The notes beneath the pieces were generated by a model, which saw only the letters and a program-made list of their open reading frames with translations, did not search any database and had not been told where the DNA came from. This document shows, piece after piece, positions 9,186-18,803 of a DNA stretch of 64,000 nt. The translations under genes were made by a program, and so were the position numbers. Within the stretch, counting starts at the first letter, position 1. Every line of letters starts with the position of its first letter. Where the stretch lies: the IMG/VR virus record IMGVR_UViG_3300031552_000001, positions 128,138 to 192,137 of that record; one strand, 5' to 3'. Source of the stretch: a virus.

Positions 9186-12100
9186 AGATCCAACTCCCCT
9201 AAGTCATTTTCAGTGTCACTGAAATCCTCATCTGCGTCCGTCGAAGTTTGAACAGCCTTCGCTAAGTCCCTTTGATTTAAAAAGTCAAACCTAGTCCTAG
9301 ACACCCTAGGCAAATCTTTTACAGCGGCCCTAGATGCACTCATTACTGCACCACTAAACGACCCCGTTTCATCGTCTGTCTCGTACAGTAAAGTAAATCT
9401 TCCCCTTCTAAGCAAGTCCGCGGCCCTATCGTACTTGCGATCTACAAAAGCGTCTATGAGATTATCTACGGCTGTCACTGACACGGCTTCGTAAGAAGCC
9501 AAAACAGCACTCAGATTGTTTGGGTTGTTAACTATCTCAGACGTGTACTCGTCTTCTCTGTGAAGGTCGTCGCTAAGAATAGAGAGCAGCTCAGCCACTA
9601 TCCTCTTAGCTTGATTTCTAGAAGAAGTGAAGTTCTGACCCGGCAAAATAGCGGTAGTACACGCGTTATCTAGCAGCTCTACGCCTTCATCGAACCTATT
9701 CTTTTTCAACAAATTCGACGAGGATGAAAAAGACTTAAGCTTAGCTATAAGTTCCGAAAACGCTTTTGCTGACGCACTACGTATTTCGAAGCCTGCCCTT
9801 TCGACGGTAGAAGGTAAGCCCCTCTCTAATAGCAGCGTCGTGCCGCCAGACACTCCCGATACAGCAACTTCTGACTGCCCTACAACCTTCAATAGGTCTC
9901 CGGGTACCACAGTAGAAAACTTCCACCGATTTTCTAGCTTATCAACTGCCTCAAAAGAAGAGAGCAGACTGTAAACGGTAGAGGCGCTCAAGCCCAATTC
10001 AGCGGGCGAAGAGGTAGTCGTAAGATACGTATTAGGGCCAGAGTCAGTAAGATAAATACGGACTTGCTCTCTGAAAATCCTATACGGCAACCCTGACTCC
10101 TTAACGTCAAAAGCAGAGCGATCTAGGTCTAACGAAGAGGTACTGGGAATAGACGAGATCCTATAAGTTCCTGCACTACTTTCTCCCCGTATCTCTACCT
10201 GGTCGTTTGCTTGTACGCCAATAGCAGAAAAGTTCTCCCCGCCAAGGCCCGTAACTCTAGAGAGAGTAGGAACTGTCTCCAGTAACCCTTCTGCTAATTC
10301 AACAGTAACGACTTCTGCGCTCAATCCTGACTGCGCCCCCACTAGGTCTGCTAATTCAGAGGGAGACAGCAAGTTTGTTGTATCGCTTTCACCTTCCCTA
10401 TAGCCAAGAATCAAGTGGGCAGATTCCTCTTCAGTTACCGCGGCACCTACAGGATTCCGTATTCTCAAGAACCTGCCGGAAATTTGTATAAAAGGGTTCA
10501 TTTTACTGCGTATTCTTAGGCATACTCGAGTAGGGTCTCCTGACACTAATTCAGCCTTCACATGCCAATTAAGCTTTGCACCGTCATGGCCTGTATCGAA
10601 CACCCCACTCTCCGACTCTATGTCCGACACTATCTGCGCGGCCGTCCTAGACCCAGCCGTAAGCTGCGCCGTTTTAATAGAAGGCCCCACCCTTACTGCG
10701 TCACTTGCCGAAGGGGACGTAGTCAGCGCAGGTAAGAAATTGAAGTTTGTAGTTCCTGAACCGGCAGAGAACTGCCCGCGGAGTTCTAGACCACTAGAGA
10801 AGTCGGGGGTTTTTCCTCTAACATCTATTACGCACTGCGTAGCACTTATCACTTGAATGACTTCAAAGCGCTCCCCTGCGCTATCTTTGATATAGGCTCC
10901 GACATGCCCAGACTGGAACCCTATAGCCCCTTCATCGCCAGCAGAGAATGTAGATACTGTTAGAGTTGGGTCTGAAAAAAGGATATCTCCAAAGGCCGCT
11001 GTCTGCAAAATCCTCAGATCTTCTATAAACCGCAAATGAAGATCAGTTAAACTTCCTCCTCCGGAACTTCCGCCATTGATTACCATAGTAATTACATCGG
11101 GGGTGCCGGGGCTATTAGTAAGTGCCCACTCGAACTTCAGGTCTCCGTTTGCTGGAGTAGTGCCAGGATAAACGTCGTGATTAGCAGAAGCGTCCGCACC
11201 GTTTCTGACCAACACCCCGTTAACGAAAATATCTACGTCCTGAACAAAATCACCTGAACTATAGTCTCCCAACTGCGCGTCTAAATTAGGACTTCCTCCT
11301 GCTCCAGTAACATTGGTATCTGCTGCGATGTTTGACGTAACCACCGCCACGGTCTTATCCCTAGTTACAGACCCTCCAGTAGAGGTAAAATCCGGAAAAG
11401 CTACGGCGGCACCTAAGTGCTTAAAGCCTAAAGGCATAAATCCTGTCAAAGTGACTGCTGTAGTAGTAGCAGTCGATACCGAACCCTCCTGAACTTCCGG
11501 GTCGACGATAACATGTAAGTTACGAGCATCAGACGGTATAACGTAGGCTTGACTATTTCTGGCATTCAGCACCGCACCTACAACGTCGTCCAGCCCTATA
11601 CTGATAGGAGAACCGCCGCTGCACGATAATACCAACGGGGCAGATATTGGTAGCTCCCAGGGTCCTGCGCTAGTTAACACAGAAGCCGGTTCACCGTCCC
11701 CTATTACCCTTCCGTAATGCCGAAGGTTGGGCGGTATCGGTCGAGGCGGACTTCTGTACTTTAAAAGCGTGGGGTCAGAAAAAGCAGTTAGAGCCTTTAC
11801 ACTGATTTTGTTAGCTAAGGCCTCCAAAAACATCTTTCGATTTAGGGCTAGATTGTCGACATCGGTAGAACCAGCCACAGATTCATAGGTAGCGGCGAGT
11901 CTGCTACTAACCGCCGAAAGGACTGAAGTAGACACCCTAGCTGGCAAGTCCAACGCTAAAAAAGAGTCGAGCAGCCCTAACAAAGACGCTAACTGATCTA
12001 AAAGGCGCTCATGTAATAACTCTAAGGACGCTAGATTCTCTAGTATTAACCCCCTAGCCTCCTCCCTTGGGCGCACAAAAGCTCCTCCTCTTTCCGAGGA

Positions 12101-12520
12101 AACTAGATTCTTACGAAGCTCTTCGGCAAATGAATCCATCTGTTTAATGAAGCGATCGGTCTCCGGTCGGTCCGTCACAGATTGGGCGGCATCCAAAGAA
12201 AGGACTGCCGTTCTTGCGTTTGATAAAGTGGCCGTGTCCCTAACAGGCGCGCCTATTTGTCCTAAATCATCCAAGGATACGAGTATGTCTTCTAATACTG
12301 CCACCTCTTGCACTAGCGTAGCGTTAAGCTGATTTGCAGCAAGCCGCGCTATGTAAAACACTGAGTCTGGATTCAGGAGAAAAGTAACAGCTGCCATTTC
12401 CAATAGCTGTCGGTATTCAGTAGTGGTGTTGAGCGTTCCTCCACTACTGCCGGGAGAGAGCCCTGCCCTAAAAATCTTCGACACTTCAGTCAGAAGCTCT
12501 GCTCGTGTAAAATCAGTCAT
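9182..12520 (-). CDS. large virion structural protein (helical N- and C-terminal parts, beta-rich middle), 1112 aa
   Basis: Long ORF in the structural operon; shares the GVQANDQVEIRGESSAGTYRI repeat. Confidence 0.6.
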   Translation of the reverse strand: MTDFTRAELLTEVSKIFRAGLSPGSSGGTLNTTTEYRQLLEMAAVTFLLNPDSVFYIARLAANQLNATLVQEVAVLEDILVSLDDLGQIGAPVRDTATLSNARTAVLSLDAAQSVTDRPETDRFIKQMDSFAEELRKNLVSSERGGAFVRPREEARGLILENLASLELLHERLLDQLASLLGLLDSFLALDLPARVSTSVLSAVSSRLAATYESVAGSTDVDNLALNRKMFLEALANKISVKALTAFSDPTLLKYRSPPRPIPPNLRHYGRVIGDGEPASVLTSAGPWELPISAPLVLSCSGGSPISIGLDDVVGAVLNARNSQAYVIPSDARNLHVIVDPEVQEGSVSTATTTAVTLTGFMPLGFKHLGAAVAFPDFTSTGGSVTRDKTVAVVTSNIAADTNVTGAGGSPNLDAQLGDYSSGDFVQDVDIFVNGVLVRNGADASANHDVYPGTTPANGDLKFEWALTNSPGTPDVITMVINGGSSGGGSLTDLHLRFIEDLRILQTAAFGDILFSDPTLTVSTFSAGDEGAIGFQSGHVGAYIKDSAGERFEVIQVISATQCVIDVRGKTPDFSSGLELRGQFSAGSGTTNFNFLPALTTSPSASDAVRVGPSIKTAQLTAGSRTAAQIVSDIESESGVFDTGHDGAKLNWHVKAELVSGDPTRVCLRIRSKMNPFIQISGRFLRIRNPVGAAVTEEESAHLILGYREGESDTTNLLSPSELADLVGAQSGLSAEVVTVELAEGLLETVPTLSRVTGLGGENFSAIGVQANDQVEIRGESSAGTYRISSIPSTSSLDLDRSAFDVKESGLPYRIFREQVRIYLTDSGPNTYLTTTSSPAELGLSASTVYSLLSSFEAVDKLENRWKFSTVVPGDLLKVVGQSEVAVSGVSGGTTLLLERGLPSTVERAGFEIRSASAKAFSELIAKLKSFSSSSNLLKKNRFDEGVELLDNACTTAILPGQNFTSSRNQAKRIVAELLSILSDDLHREDEYTSEIVNNPNNLSAVLASYEAVSVTAVDNLIDAFVDRKYDRAADLLRRGRFTLLYETDDETGSFSGAVMSASRAAVKDLPRVSRTRFDFLNQRDLAKAVQTSTDADEDFSDTENDLGELDL

Positions 12521-13003
12521 CTACATAGATGCTTGCCAGCGAACCATGGGTGTTGTCGAGCGAAAAAACGTCTCCCGCTTAATAGTTTTGGGTTGAAACC
12601 TTTTTCGATACTCAGCGCTATATCGATAGAGCGGCAAAAAAGGAGCGGCAAAGTTTGAAGTTTTCCACTTCTCTGTCTGGGAAACCACTACTTCTACCTC
12701 ATCAAACATGAAGTCTTCGCGAAGCTGAGTCACCTCCATCTTTTTTATATCGCTGCGCGTAAGTTTTGCTGTAAGCCTTTGAAGGTACTCTGCATCCCAC
12801 CCAAACAAGTCGCATACTTCATGAAAACTGAGCCCCTCATCTCTTTTATGCCCTTCTACAAATATATACTGGAAGGCCCTTTTCCACTCTAAGGAGTGCT
12901 GCCTAGAGCCTTTGTACAAGACATAGTCGAATACTGCCCTCCTCAATACGGAAGCCCATAACATTTTCCCGCCGTGAACTAACTTTTCGTTTTTGGTCAT
13001 CAA
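12521..13003 (-). CDS. conserved phage hypothetical helical protein
   Basis: LWASVLRRAVFDY...SFHEVCDLFGWD pattern recalled from phage hypothetical proteins. Confidence 0.5.
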   Translation of the reverse strand: MMTKNEKLVHGGKMLWASVLRRAVFDYVLYKGSRQHSLEWKRAFQYIFVEGHKRDEGLSFHEVCDLFGWDAEYLQRLTAKLTRSDIKKMEVTQLREDFMFDEVEVVVSQTEKWKTSNFAAPFLPLYRYSAEYRKRFQPKTIKRETFFRSTTPMVRWQASM

Positions 13004-14649
13004 GTCACCGTAATCGTAGGAGTAGACGGAAGTAGGGCTAAATCAGGAACATCTGGCCGCCTTGGAGCAAAAGACCCTACCACTCGAGAAGCCTGTATTG
13101 TAGCCGAGCCGGCAGCAATTCCGGTAACAAGAAGAGTGCCTTCAGAGGTGACAGTCACGGTAACTTTTGTCTCGTCGCTAGAAGAAAAGTCTAAAAGGGC
13201 GTTGAGTGCTTCACTCCCTGCTATAGGCTGCAAGTTCGAAGAAGCTAGTGTAAGGTCAATCTCCACAGACTCCCCGACAGCTAAGGACAACGCCGTCGTT
13301 GAGTACGTAATTGAGGTCAAGTACGGGAACAAAATCTCTTGGATGTCTATTCCCGCCGCATCCGGTATGTAGATTGACGCCTGTAGCGTATGATCTCCCG
13401 CCCCCAGTCCTTGTACAAATACGTCAAATACACTTTCTCTGGGTAAGTCTATTTCTACTCGCCCATTCTTGTCTGTGGTGACATGCAACTCCGAAGCTAT
13501 AATGTTATTCCTGACCATGGTGGGCTCAGCACTGAACGGCATGCCAGCAATAACCTTAATCGGGTACCCTTCTCTCGGGTGAAACAGCAGAGTTACGTTC
13601 TTCAACGGGTGAAGACTCGGGTCTGTAAAACACCCAGAAACCCTGCACATATCCGAGTCCGTGCTTACCGGAACTTCGGACGGGGGATACACTACAAAAT
13701 CAAATACATTGGTTTCCGACGGACCCAATGGGTCTATAACCGCTATTGTCCGAGTAGGCCCACCGTAATACCCCGAAGGGGGGCTCAATCGAATAATATA
13801 CTCCTTTCCGCTCGGCCCAGCAGCCCCTTCCAATATCAAGGAGGCTTCTCCAGCGGCATCAGTATCCAATTCCGTAATAAACGTGTCATCTGGTGAACTG
13901 AAAATGCGAACTCTTACGTCTTCTACTGGATTAGGGGTAGGAGTTTCGGTATCCACCACAGCAAAAGTAACCATCACCCCACTCATACCTGTAGCGCCTT
14001 CAAACTCAAAAATATTAAAATCAGGACTCGTAGGGGGGTATTTGGCTACAAACGTCTTCAAAGCTTCAGGAAGGAAAGAAACTCCTTCCTTATACAAAAG
14101 GGCCTTGTATGTTGTTCCTCCCGCAGTGGCGGGCACTGAAAAATGCGCTTCCCCACTTCCAGGTACAGCCCCTCCTGTGTATCCATACGCTATAAATGTG
14201 TCCGAATTGTCAAGTATTGTAACTCGTACGCCGTCTATAGGAGACGACCCCTCGTCTACGGTTCTTATAGTTACGTTACCTGACCCCAAAGGAAACAGAG
14301 GGAACTGCCTACAAACATGAAGCTCATACTCATTCAAAATTAAGCCCACGGAGTCGATGTTTATTCGTACTAAGTACCTCTCCTCTACAAGAGAAGTGTT
14401 TCCTGAAAAAACATATCTATACAGGCCAGGTAGATTAGTGCCGTCTACCTCAAATGGAACAAGCACTGTAGGAGATGGCCCCCATGAGGAGCCACTCCAC
14501 CATTGTTCATCGGATACCCTCTGAATGGTGACTTCTATATCTGACGCTATTCCTACAACCCCGAGTCCTGTATCGGAATCTATTGCCGCAATATCAATTG
14601 GAAAGTCATCCCCTAAATTCCATAATTTTTGATCACTCGGCATAAGCAA
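13000..14649 (-). CDS. multi-Ig-like virion protein (carboxypeptidase-regulatory-like domains, C-terminal Big_2-like domain)
   Basis: Repeated P-I/V-x-G/D-V-R-V-x-I...TD-x-x-G motifs; C-terminal FSSSDETKVTVTVTSEGTLLVTGIAAGSATIQA. Confidence 0.6.
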   Translation of the reverse strand: MLMPSDQKLWNLGDDFPIDIAAIDSDTGLGVVGIASDIEVTIQRVSDEQWWSGSSWGPSPTVLVPFEVDGTNLPGLYRYVFSGNTSLVEERYLVRINIDSVGLILNEYELHVCRQFPLFPLGSGNVTIRTVDEGSSPIDGVRVTILDNSDTFIAYGYTGGAVPGSGEAHFSVPATAGGTTYKALLYKEGVSFLPEALKTFVAKYPPTSPDFNIFEFEGATGMSGVMVTFAVVDTETPTPNPVEDVRVRIFSSPDDTFITELDTDAAGEASLILEGAAGPSGKEYIIRLSPPSGYYGGPTRTIAVIDPLGPSETNVFDFVVYPPSEVPVSTDSDMCRVSGCFTDPSLHPLKNVTLLFHPREGYPIKVIAGMPFSAEPTMVRNNIIASELHVTTDKNGRVEIDLPRESVFDVFVQGLGAGDHTLQASIYIPDAAGIDIQEILFPYLTSITYSTTALSLAVGESVEIDLTLASSNLQPIAGSEALNALLDFSSSDETKVTVTVTSEGTLLVTGIAAGSATIQASRVVGSFAPRRPDVPDLALLPSTPTITVT

Positions 14650-14655
14650 CTCCGT

Positions 14656-15597
14656 CTACAAAGTTCTACGTGGTGCGGCAGGAAATTGGGGTTCTGCTAT
14701 CTCAAACGGGTCAGAGGCGGCAGCCATTATAGTTAAGAGGTCGAAAGTCTCTTCATCTGGGACCACAAACTCCCGAACAAAAGACGTGCCGTTAAACACA
14801 GCTCTCCACTTACTGCCTCGAACTAATGATACCTCCGCGTGACCTACCGTGTTCGTAGTTATTGTAATCGGGGCCCTTGTAAGAGCTATCTGGTAGTCAC
14901 CTACAGAAAAAGCTTCGTCTACGCCATAGAGGCTTATTTCTTGCCCCTCTAGAGGCATACCTCTGCCGTCAATAAGGTCTACTGTAGCCGTAGAGCGGTC
15001 TTCCAAAGGCACAACAGAAGTGGCTTCACTTTGAAACGGGTCGGACTCATCACTTGTAAAATCGTTGTCTGTATTCAGGTATTGTACTTTGTAATACCCG
15101 CCGCTTTCCCCGTCATGGTCAGTGAACCAATAGAGGTTTTGGCCTTCGACAAGTTGGACGTGCGCCTCTTCTCCTATATCTTCATCCCCCGCTGACCAGC
15201 CAAAATCTGCAATGGAACTCCCGCCTACGATTTCCAACTTAGAGGCAGTTCCTACCTCCTGTGACGTCAGTACCAGTTCTCCTCCTACTTCACTGGCAAT
15301 CGTTTCGCCCAATGCAGCGTTAATTTGAGGTGCTAGCTGCGCAGCGCTTAGAGGGTTTGTCCCTGTAAACGCGATATTCACTTGTGGCCCCGAGTCCACT
15401 TTTACCTGAAGCACCTCTCCAGTGACGTTGTACGGGCTGCCTATAGGGGGCTGTAACGTTGCGGGTTGCGGAGTCGTATCCGTCAAGTCAACATACGTCC
15501 CCGATATGCCTGTTGTGGACCGTTTGAGCTTAATGACATTGTAAAGTGCCAGGGTGGACTCAATATCAGATACGTGTATGGTTAAAGAGACAGCCAT
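14656..15597 (-). CDS. virion structural protein
   Basis: Beta-rich ORF in the structural operon. Confidence 0.55.
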   Translation of the reverse strand: MAVSLTIHVSDIESTLALYNVIKLKRSTTGISGTYVDLTDTTPQPATLQPPIGSPYNVTGEVLQVKVDSGPQVNIAFTGTNPLSAAQLAPQINAALGETIASEVGGELVLTSQEVGTASKLEIVGGSSIADFGWSAGDEDIGEEAHVQLVEGQNLYWFTDHDGESGGYYKVQYLNTDNDFTSDESDPFQSEATSVVPLEDRSTATVDLIDGRGMPLEGQEISLYGVDEAFSVGDYQIALTRAPITITTNTVGHAEVSLVRGSKWRAVFNGTSFVREFVVPDEETFDLLTIMAAASDPFEIAEPQFPAAPRRTL

Positions 15598-15602
15598 GGC
15601 GC

Positions 15603-15734
15603 TTACCCTTCAGACCTTAGTTTGAGGAAGACAATAAACGGAGCGGGAACACCCACTCCGGATGGAACAGGGACCTGGTTTTGTATTGTCTTGGCCGCCA
15701 AAATCTTAGGACGTCCAGCAGGCTTAATTTCCAT
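15603..15734 (-). CDS. 43-aa small protein MEIKPAGRPKILAAK... (below ORF-track cutoff)
   Basis: Fills the intergenic gap exactly; AGGAT/GAGG upstream of the ATG. Confidence 0.5.
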   Translation of the reverse strand: MEIKPAGRPKILAAKTIQNQVPVPSGVGVPAPFIVFLKLRSEG

Positions 15735-15748
15735 GCCTCGATCCTACC

Positions 15749-16399
15749 CTAAAAGACAATTAAGTCCACGGTTTGCTCGTATGATACCCGAAGAATAATG
15801 TTCGTATTAGGAGCCGGGTTAAACGTCGGGCTCTCTCGAACGCCGTCATCAACCAAAGATATGTGAAGCTCCGAATTAGCTGACTGCGTTCCCGGATTGG
15901 GCCCTCCGGCACAAGCCCCGTGAAACGCCCATACCTTTACAGTCTCCCCTTGTGTAAGTCTCTGCCGCATATTGTGAAACGGGTTTTTAATTGAAGAGGT
16001 CCACGCGTTTATCCAAGTGTGCCAGTAGTATTTCCCGCACACACTCCCCTCGTAACCCGAAGTGGAATACCCGTACTGAAGCATATTTACCCAAGAAACT
16101 ACCCCTTGGATAAAGTAATCGCCGTCTACTGGCGCGGTAAAACGATGCGTTGTCGTATTGAAGTTACTCCCCAAGTCCCATGTAATGGTGTCTAAATTTA
16201 TGTCCACTTCCCCAATAGCGCACGATTGAGCAGACGCTAGTTTAACGTTCAAATCGCACACGGTAGAGGTAGGGCGAGTTAGAATAAAGCCAGAGTAGGT
16301 TTTACCGAGACCATGGGGCACTGTATTGTCTACCCACGGCTGTAGGGTGACTCCAGTAAGAAGAGCAGTACCTGGAAACCTATATGGAGTTCTCGGCAT
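15749..16399 (-). CDS. C1q-like domain virion protein (possible receptor-binding or decoration protein)
   Basis: TITWDLGSNFNTTTHRFTAPVDGDYFIQG matches the C1q N-G-x-x-F...F-T-A-P-x-x-G-x-Y-x-F signature. Confidence 0.65.
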   Translation of the reverse strand: MPRTPYRFPGTALLTGVTLQPWVDNTVPHGLGKTYSGFILTRPTSTVCDLNVKLASAQSCAIGEVDINLDTITWDLGSNFNTTTHRFTAPVDGDYFIQGVVSWVNMLQYGYSTSGYEGSVCGKYYWHTWINAWTSSIKNPFHNMRQRLTQGETVKVWAFHGACAGGPNPGTQSANSELHISLVDDGVRESPTFNPAPNTNIILRVSYEQTVDLIVF

Positions 16400-16416
16400 A
16401 CGCCTGCCTTGTCTTA

Positions 16417-16665
16417 CTACGTTCTGTTTTCGTCGCCACCTGAAGCTATAAAGTCTTCTATTTCAAGACTCAATATTTCCTGAAGCGTATCCAAGTTTTG
16501 AGTTCCAGCTTTCTCAGAACCCGTTCTGCCTTTCAAGACAGCTCTCATAAACTTCACTTCATTCTCTAAACGAGCCTTCTCTTTATCCCCCCATTCTTTA
16601 ACAGCAGTCTTCAAAGCATCGAGGTTTGCGTCTCGTTCTCTTTTTGTAGGGGGCCTCTTAGCCAT
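16417..16665 (-). CDS. hypothetical protein
   Basis: ORF in operon. Confidence 0.55.
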   Translation of the reverse strand: MAKRPPTKRERDANLDALKTAVKEWGDKEKARLENEVKFMRAVLKGRTGSEKAGTQNLDTLQEILSLEIEDFIASGGDENRT

Positions 16666-16672
16666 AAAACCC

Positions 16673-17467
16673 TCAATAATACTTTTTGATCTTCTCTGCG
16701 ATAGAATTTCGCAAACGAGATACCTTTGACGGGCTCATATTGAGCTTGTTAGCTATCTCGCCGGGTCGAAGTTGCGGCTTTCCGCCATCGCCAGTAGTAT
16801 GCTCCCATACTAACATTTCTTCCGGCGAAAGCTCTGGTTTGATAAACCTAGCTATTTCAGTAGCTCTAGAAGGCATATGAGTAGCCGGGTCTAAGCCGTA
16901 CGGAGCAGAAGAAGAATATACCGCTTTTCTTCCTTCAGACAGAGCTCGCTCAACTTCAGGTAACGACCATTCGAGATATTCCGAAAGCTCTTGTGATGTA
17001 GGTTCTCGACCTAACTGGTCGTCCAGAGTGGCCATCGCGCTGTCGAACACTCCTCGACGGGCTCCGGTACGAGTTTCAACGATACGGGCAGGGTTTTGGT
17101 ATGTGGTAAGGAATCTTTGTGGGGCCTTTTTTAGGTAACTACCCACCCACGTGCCCAGTTTGCCTTTATCTGGGTCATAGGTTCGAAGCGCGCGAAGAAA
17201 CTGGCTATTATGCTCCGCGTGGATTACCGCGGGGGGCATATCTATTCCGGCCCACCTGTTCGCGCTTTGCCGAATCATCCCTCTAAATTGGGTCAGCAAC
17301 GGTCTTAGTTTATCGGGGTCTTCGTTGCTGTCTTTCCACTCTTTCCAGAGCGCGTAATCTTCGTGCGTCTGTCTTTTAGACGCATCCTTTTCCAGCCACT
17401 CTTCGAATTCTGTGTCGGTTATCGGACCAGAAGCATTTAGAGCTTCGATAGAAGAAGGAATAGACAA
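16673..17467 (-). CDS. sigma-70 family RNA polymerase sigma factor (group 3, FliA/WhiG/SigF-like; regions 2, 3, 4)
   Basis: RALRTYDPDKGKLGTWVGSYL (region 2), LGREPTSQELSEYLEWSLPEV (region 3), EIANKLNMSPSKVSRLRNSI (region 4 HTH). Confidence 0.88.
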   Translation of the reverse strand: MSIPSSIEALNASGPITDTEFEEWLEKDASKRQTHEDYALWKEWKDSNEDPDKLRPLLTQFRGMIRQSANRWAGIDMPPAVIHAEHNSQFLRALRTYDPDKGKLGTWVGSYLKKAPQRFLTTYQNPARIVETRTGARRGVFDSAMATLDDQLGREPTSQELSEYLEWSLPEVERALSEGRKAVYSSSAPYGLDPATHMPSRATEIARFIKPELSPEEMLVWEHTTGDGGKPQLRPGEIANKLNMSPSKVSRLRNSIAEKIKKYY

Positions 17468-17480
17468 GAGGATCCTCTAC

Positions 17481-18407
17481 TTATAGCGCCAGCACCCGGT
17501 CTACTACTCCCTTATCAGAGCCTGTAAGGGGCTTTTCCTTATCTAGAAATTTCCGCCTTTGTCCTTTTTTTCCGTCGAACAAGGGGCTCAGAGAAAGCTT
17601 AGCGTCTGAGGCCCCCCTGTCTTTCATCTCTTTAGTCGGACAAGGGCATCTGCTGGCGAGCTCCGTACCTAGATCGGGGTTTACAGGAAGGTTTTCTTCG
17701 TTGTCTTTCAACGCCCCCTTTCCGTCCACCAACCCGGTAAGAGGAGGGGTGTACGCCTCTTCTGCCGTTTTTCTTAAGTAGCAAATCAGGGGATCACTAG
17801 AGATGGGGTCTAACGAGCTCATATCGCCTCCTACCGACGACCATTTTTGCTTAGGTTTTGGAGCAGGCACATAGTCGTCAAGTTTCGCTCCACCCGGAGA
17901 GATGCCCGCCATCGGGCCCACCTCTGCCATAGACTTATGAAGTTTGTTTTGAGCCGAAGAGGTACTATCCGCAGTGGGGAATTTAGTGCCTCCTGTTATA
18001 GGCAATCTAAGGTCTTGACCCGCTGTTGACGCCTTTTTAATTGCCGGTGTTGGTACGGCAGCTAATGATCGTCTTTCTGCTTTTCTTTCAGCAAGCCTTC
18101 TAGCACGAGCAGCTCGATTATTTGCCTCCTGTTGTATATTTCTCTCCAAACTATGACGTATAACAGGAACCGCTCCACTAATAATAGCGCCCGTAGCCAT
18201 AGTACCCGCCAACCAACGAGGCACGGACTTTACCCCACTCGGCAGTATTTTCCCTCGTTGCACAAGATTGCTCGCCGCCCCAATAACAGGTCCGCTCAAC
18301 GCCCCTAATGCCCCAAACTGTAAGGCTTGACGTTGCCTCTCAGACTTATTCAAAAAGGCTGATACCTTTGTAAGTTCATCTAGGAAGAAAGGTACCCAAT
18401 TTTGCAT
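17481..18407 (-). CDS. FxDELxKI-motif protein with hydrophobic Gly-rich segment (start likely MQNW at 18407)
   Basis: N-terminal PFFLDELTKVSA; TGATG coupling to the upstream small ORF. Confidence 0.6.
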   Translation of the reverse strand: MQNWVPFFLDELTKVSAFLNKSERQRQALQFGALGALSGPVIGAASNLVQRGKILPSGVKSVPRWLAGTMATGAIISGAVPVIRHSLERNIQQEANNRAARARRLAERKAERRSLAAVPTPAIKKASTAGQDLRLPITGGTKFPTADSTSSAQNKLHKSMAEVGPMAGISPGGAKLDDYVPAPKPKQKWSSVGGDMSSLDPISSDPLICYLRKTAEEAYTPPLTGLVDGKGALKDNEENLPVNPDLGTELASRCPCPTKEMKDRGASDAKLSLSPLFDGKKGQRRKFLDKEKPLTGSDKGVVDRVLAL

Positions 18408-18565
18408 CACTTCACTAATCCTGCCCTTTTCAGTCGTTCGCATTTCTCTACCGTCATTTTCTTTTTGTACTGGGCTTCTGCTTTCCTGGCATGCGCCTTC
18501 TGAGAAATAGACGGCGATGCTTGGGTTTTCTTTAACAACTTAGTGCCTTTTCCGATTGCGATCAT
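18407..18565 (-). CDS. 52-aa Lys-rich basic protein MIAIGKGTKLLKKTQ... (below ORF-track cutoff)
   Basis: GGAG Shine-Dalgarno; stop overlaps the next ATG. Confidence 0.6.
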   Translation of the reverse strand: MIAIGKGTKLLKKTQASPSISQKAHARKAEAQYKKKMTVEKCERLKRAGLVK

Positions 18566-18574
18566 GACCAGCTC

Positions 18575-18796
18575 CTATATACCACCACGGGTTACGATTT
18601 CAGGCTCCTGCCAGTATACTTGATTCGGAATATAGTCAGAATTGGGTTCTTCATCTTGTGTAAGAAGCGACGAATACGGCCTATCGTTTCTCATATCCAT
18701 TCCGTCCTCTTTCTCCGATTGTTGGCTCTCGAGTATCTTACTCAACTCATCGAAAAAAGCAGAGGTAGTATTAGCAAAAGCGTTTTCGGCCATCAT
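18575..18796 (-). CDS. FxDELxKI-motif small acidic protein
   Basis: SAFFDELSKILES; AAGGGG upstream of ATG 18796. Confidence 0.6.
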   Translation of the reverse strand: MMAENAFANTTSAFFDELSKILESQQSEKEDGMDMRNDRPYSSLLTQDEEPNSDYIPNQVYWQEPEIVTRGGI

Positions 18797-18803
18797 TACC
18801 CCT

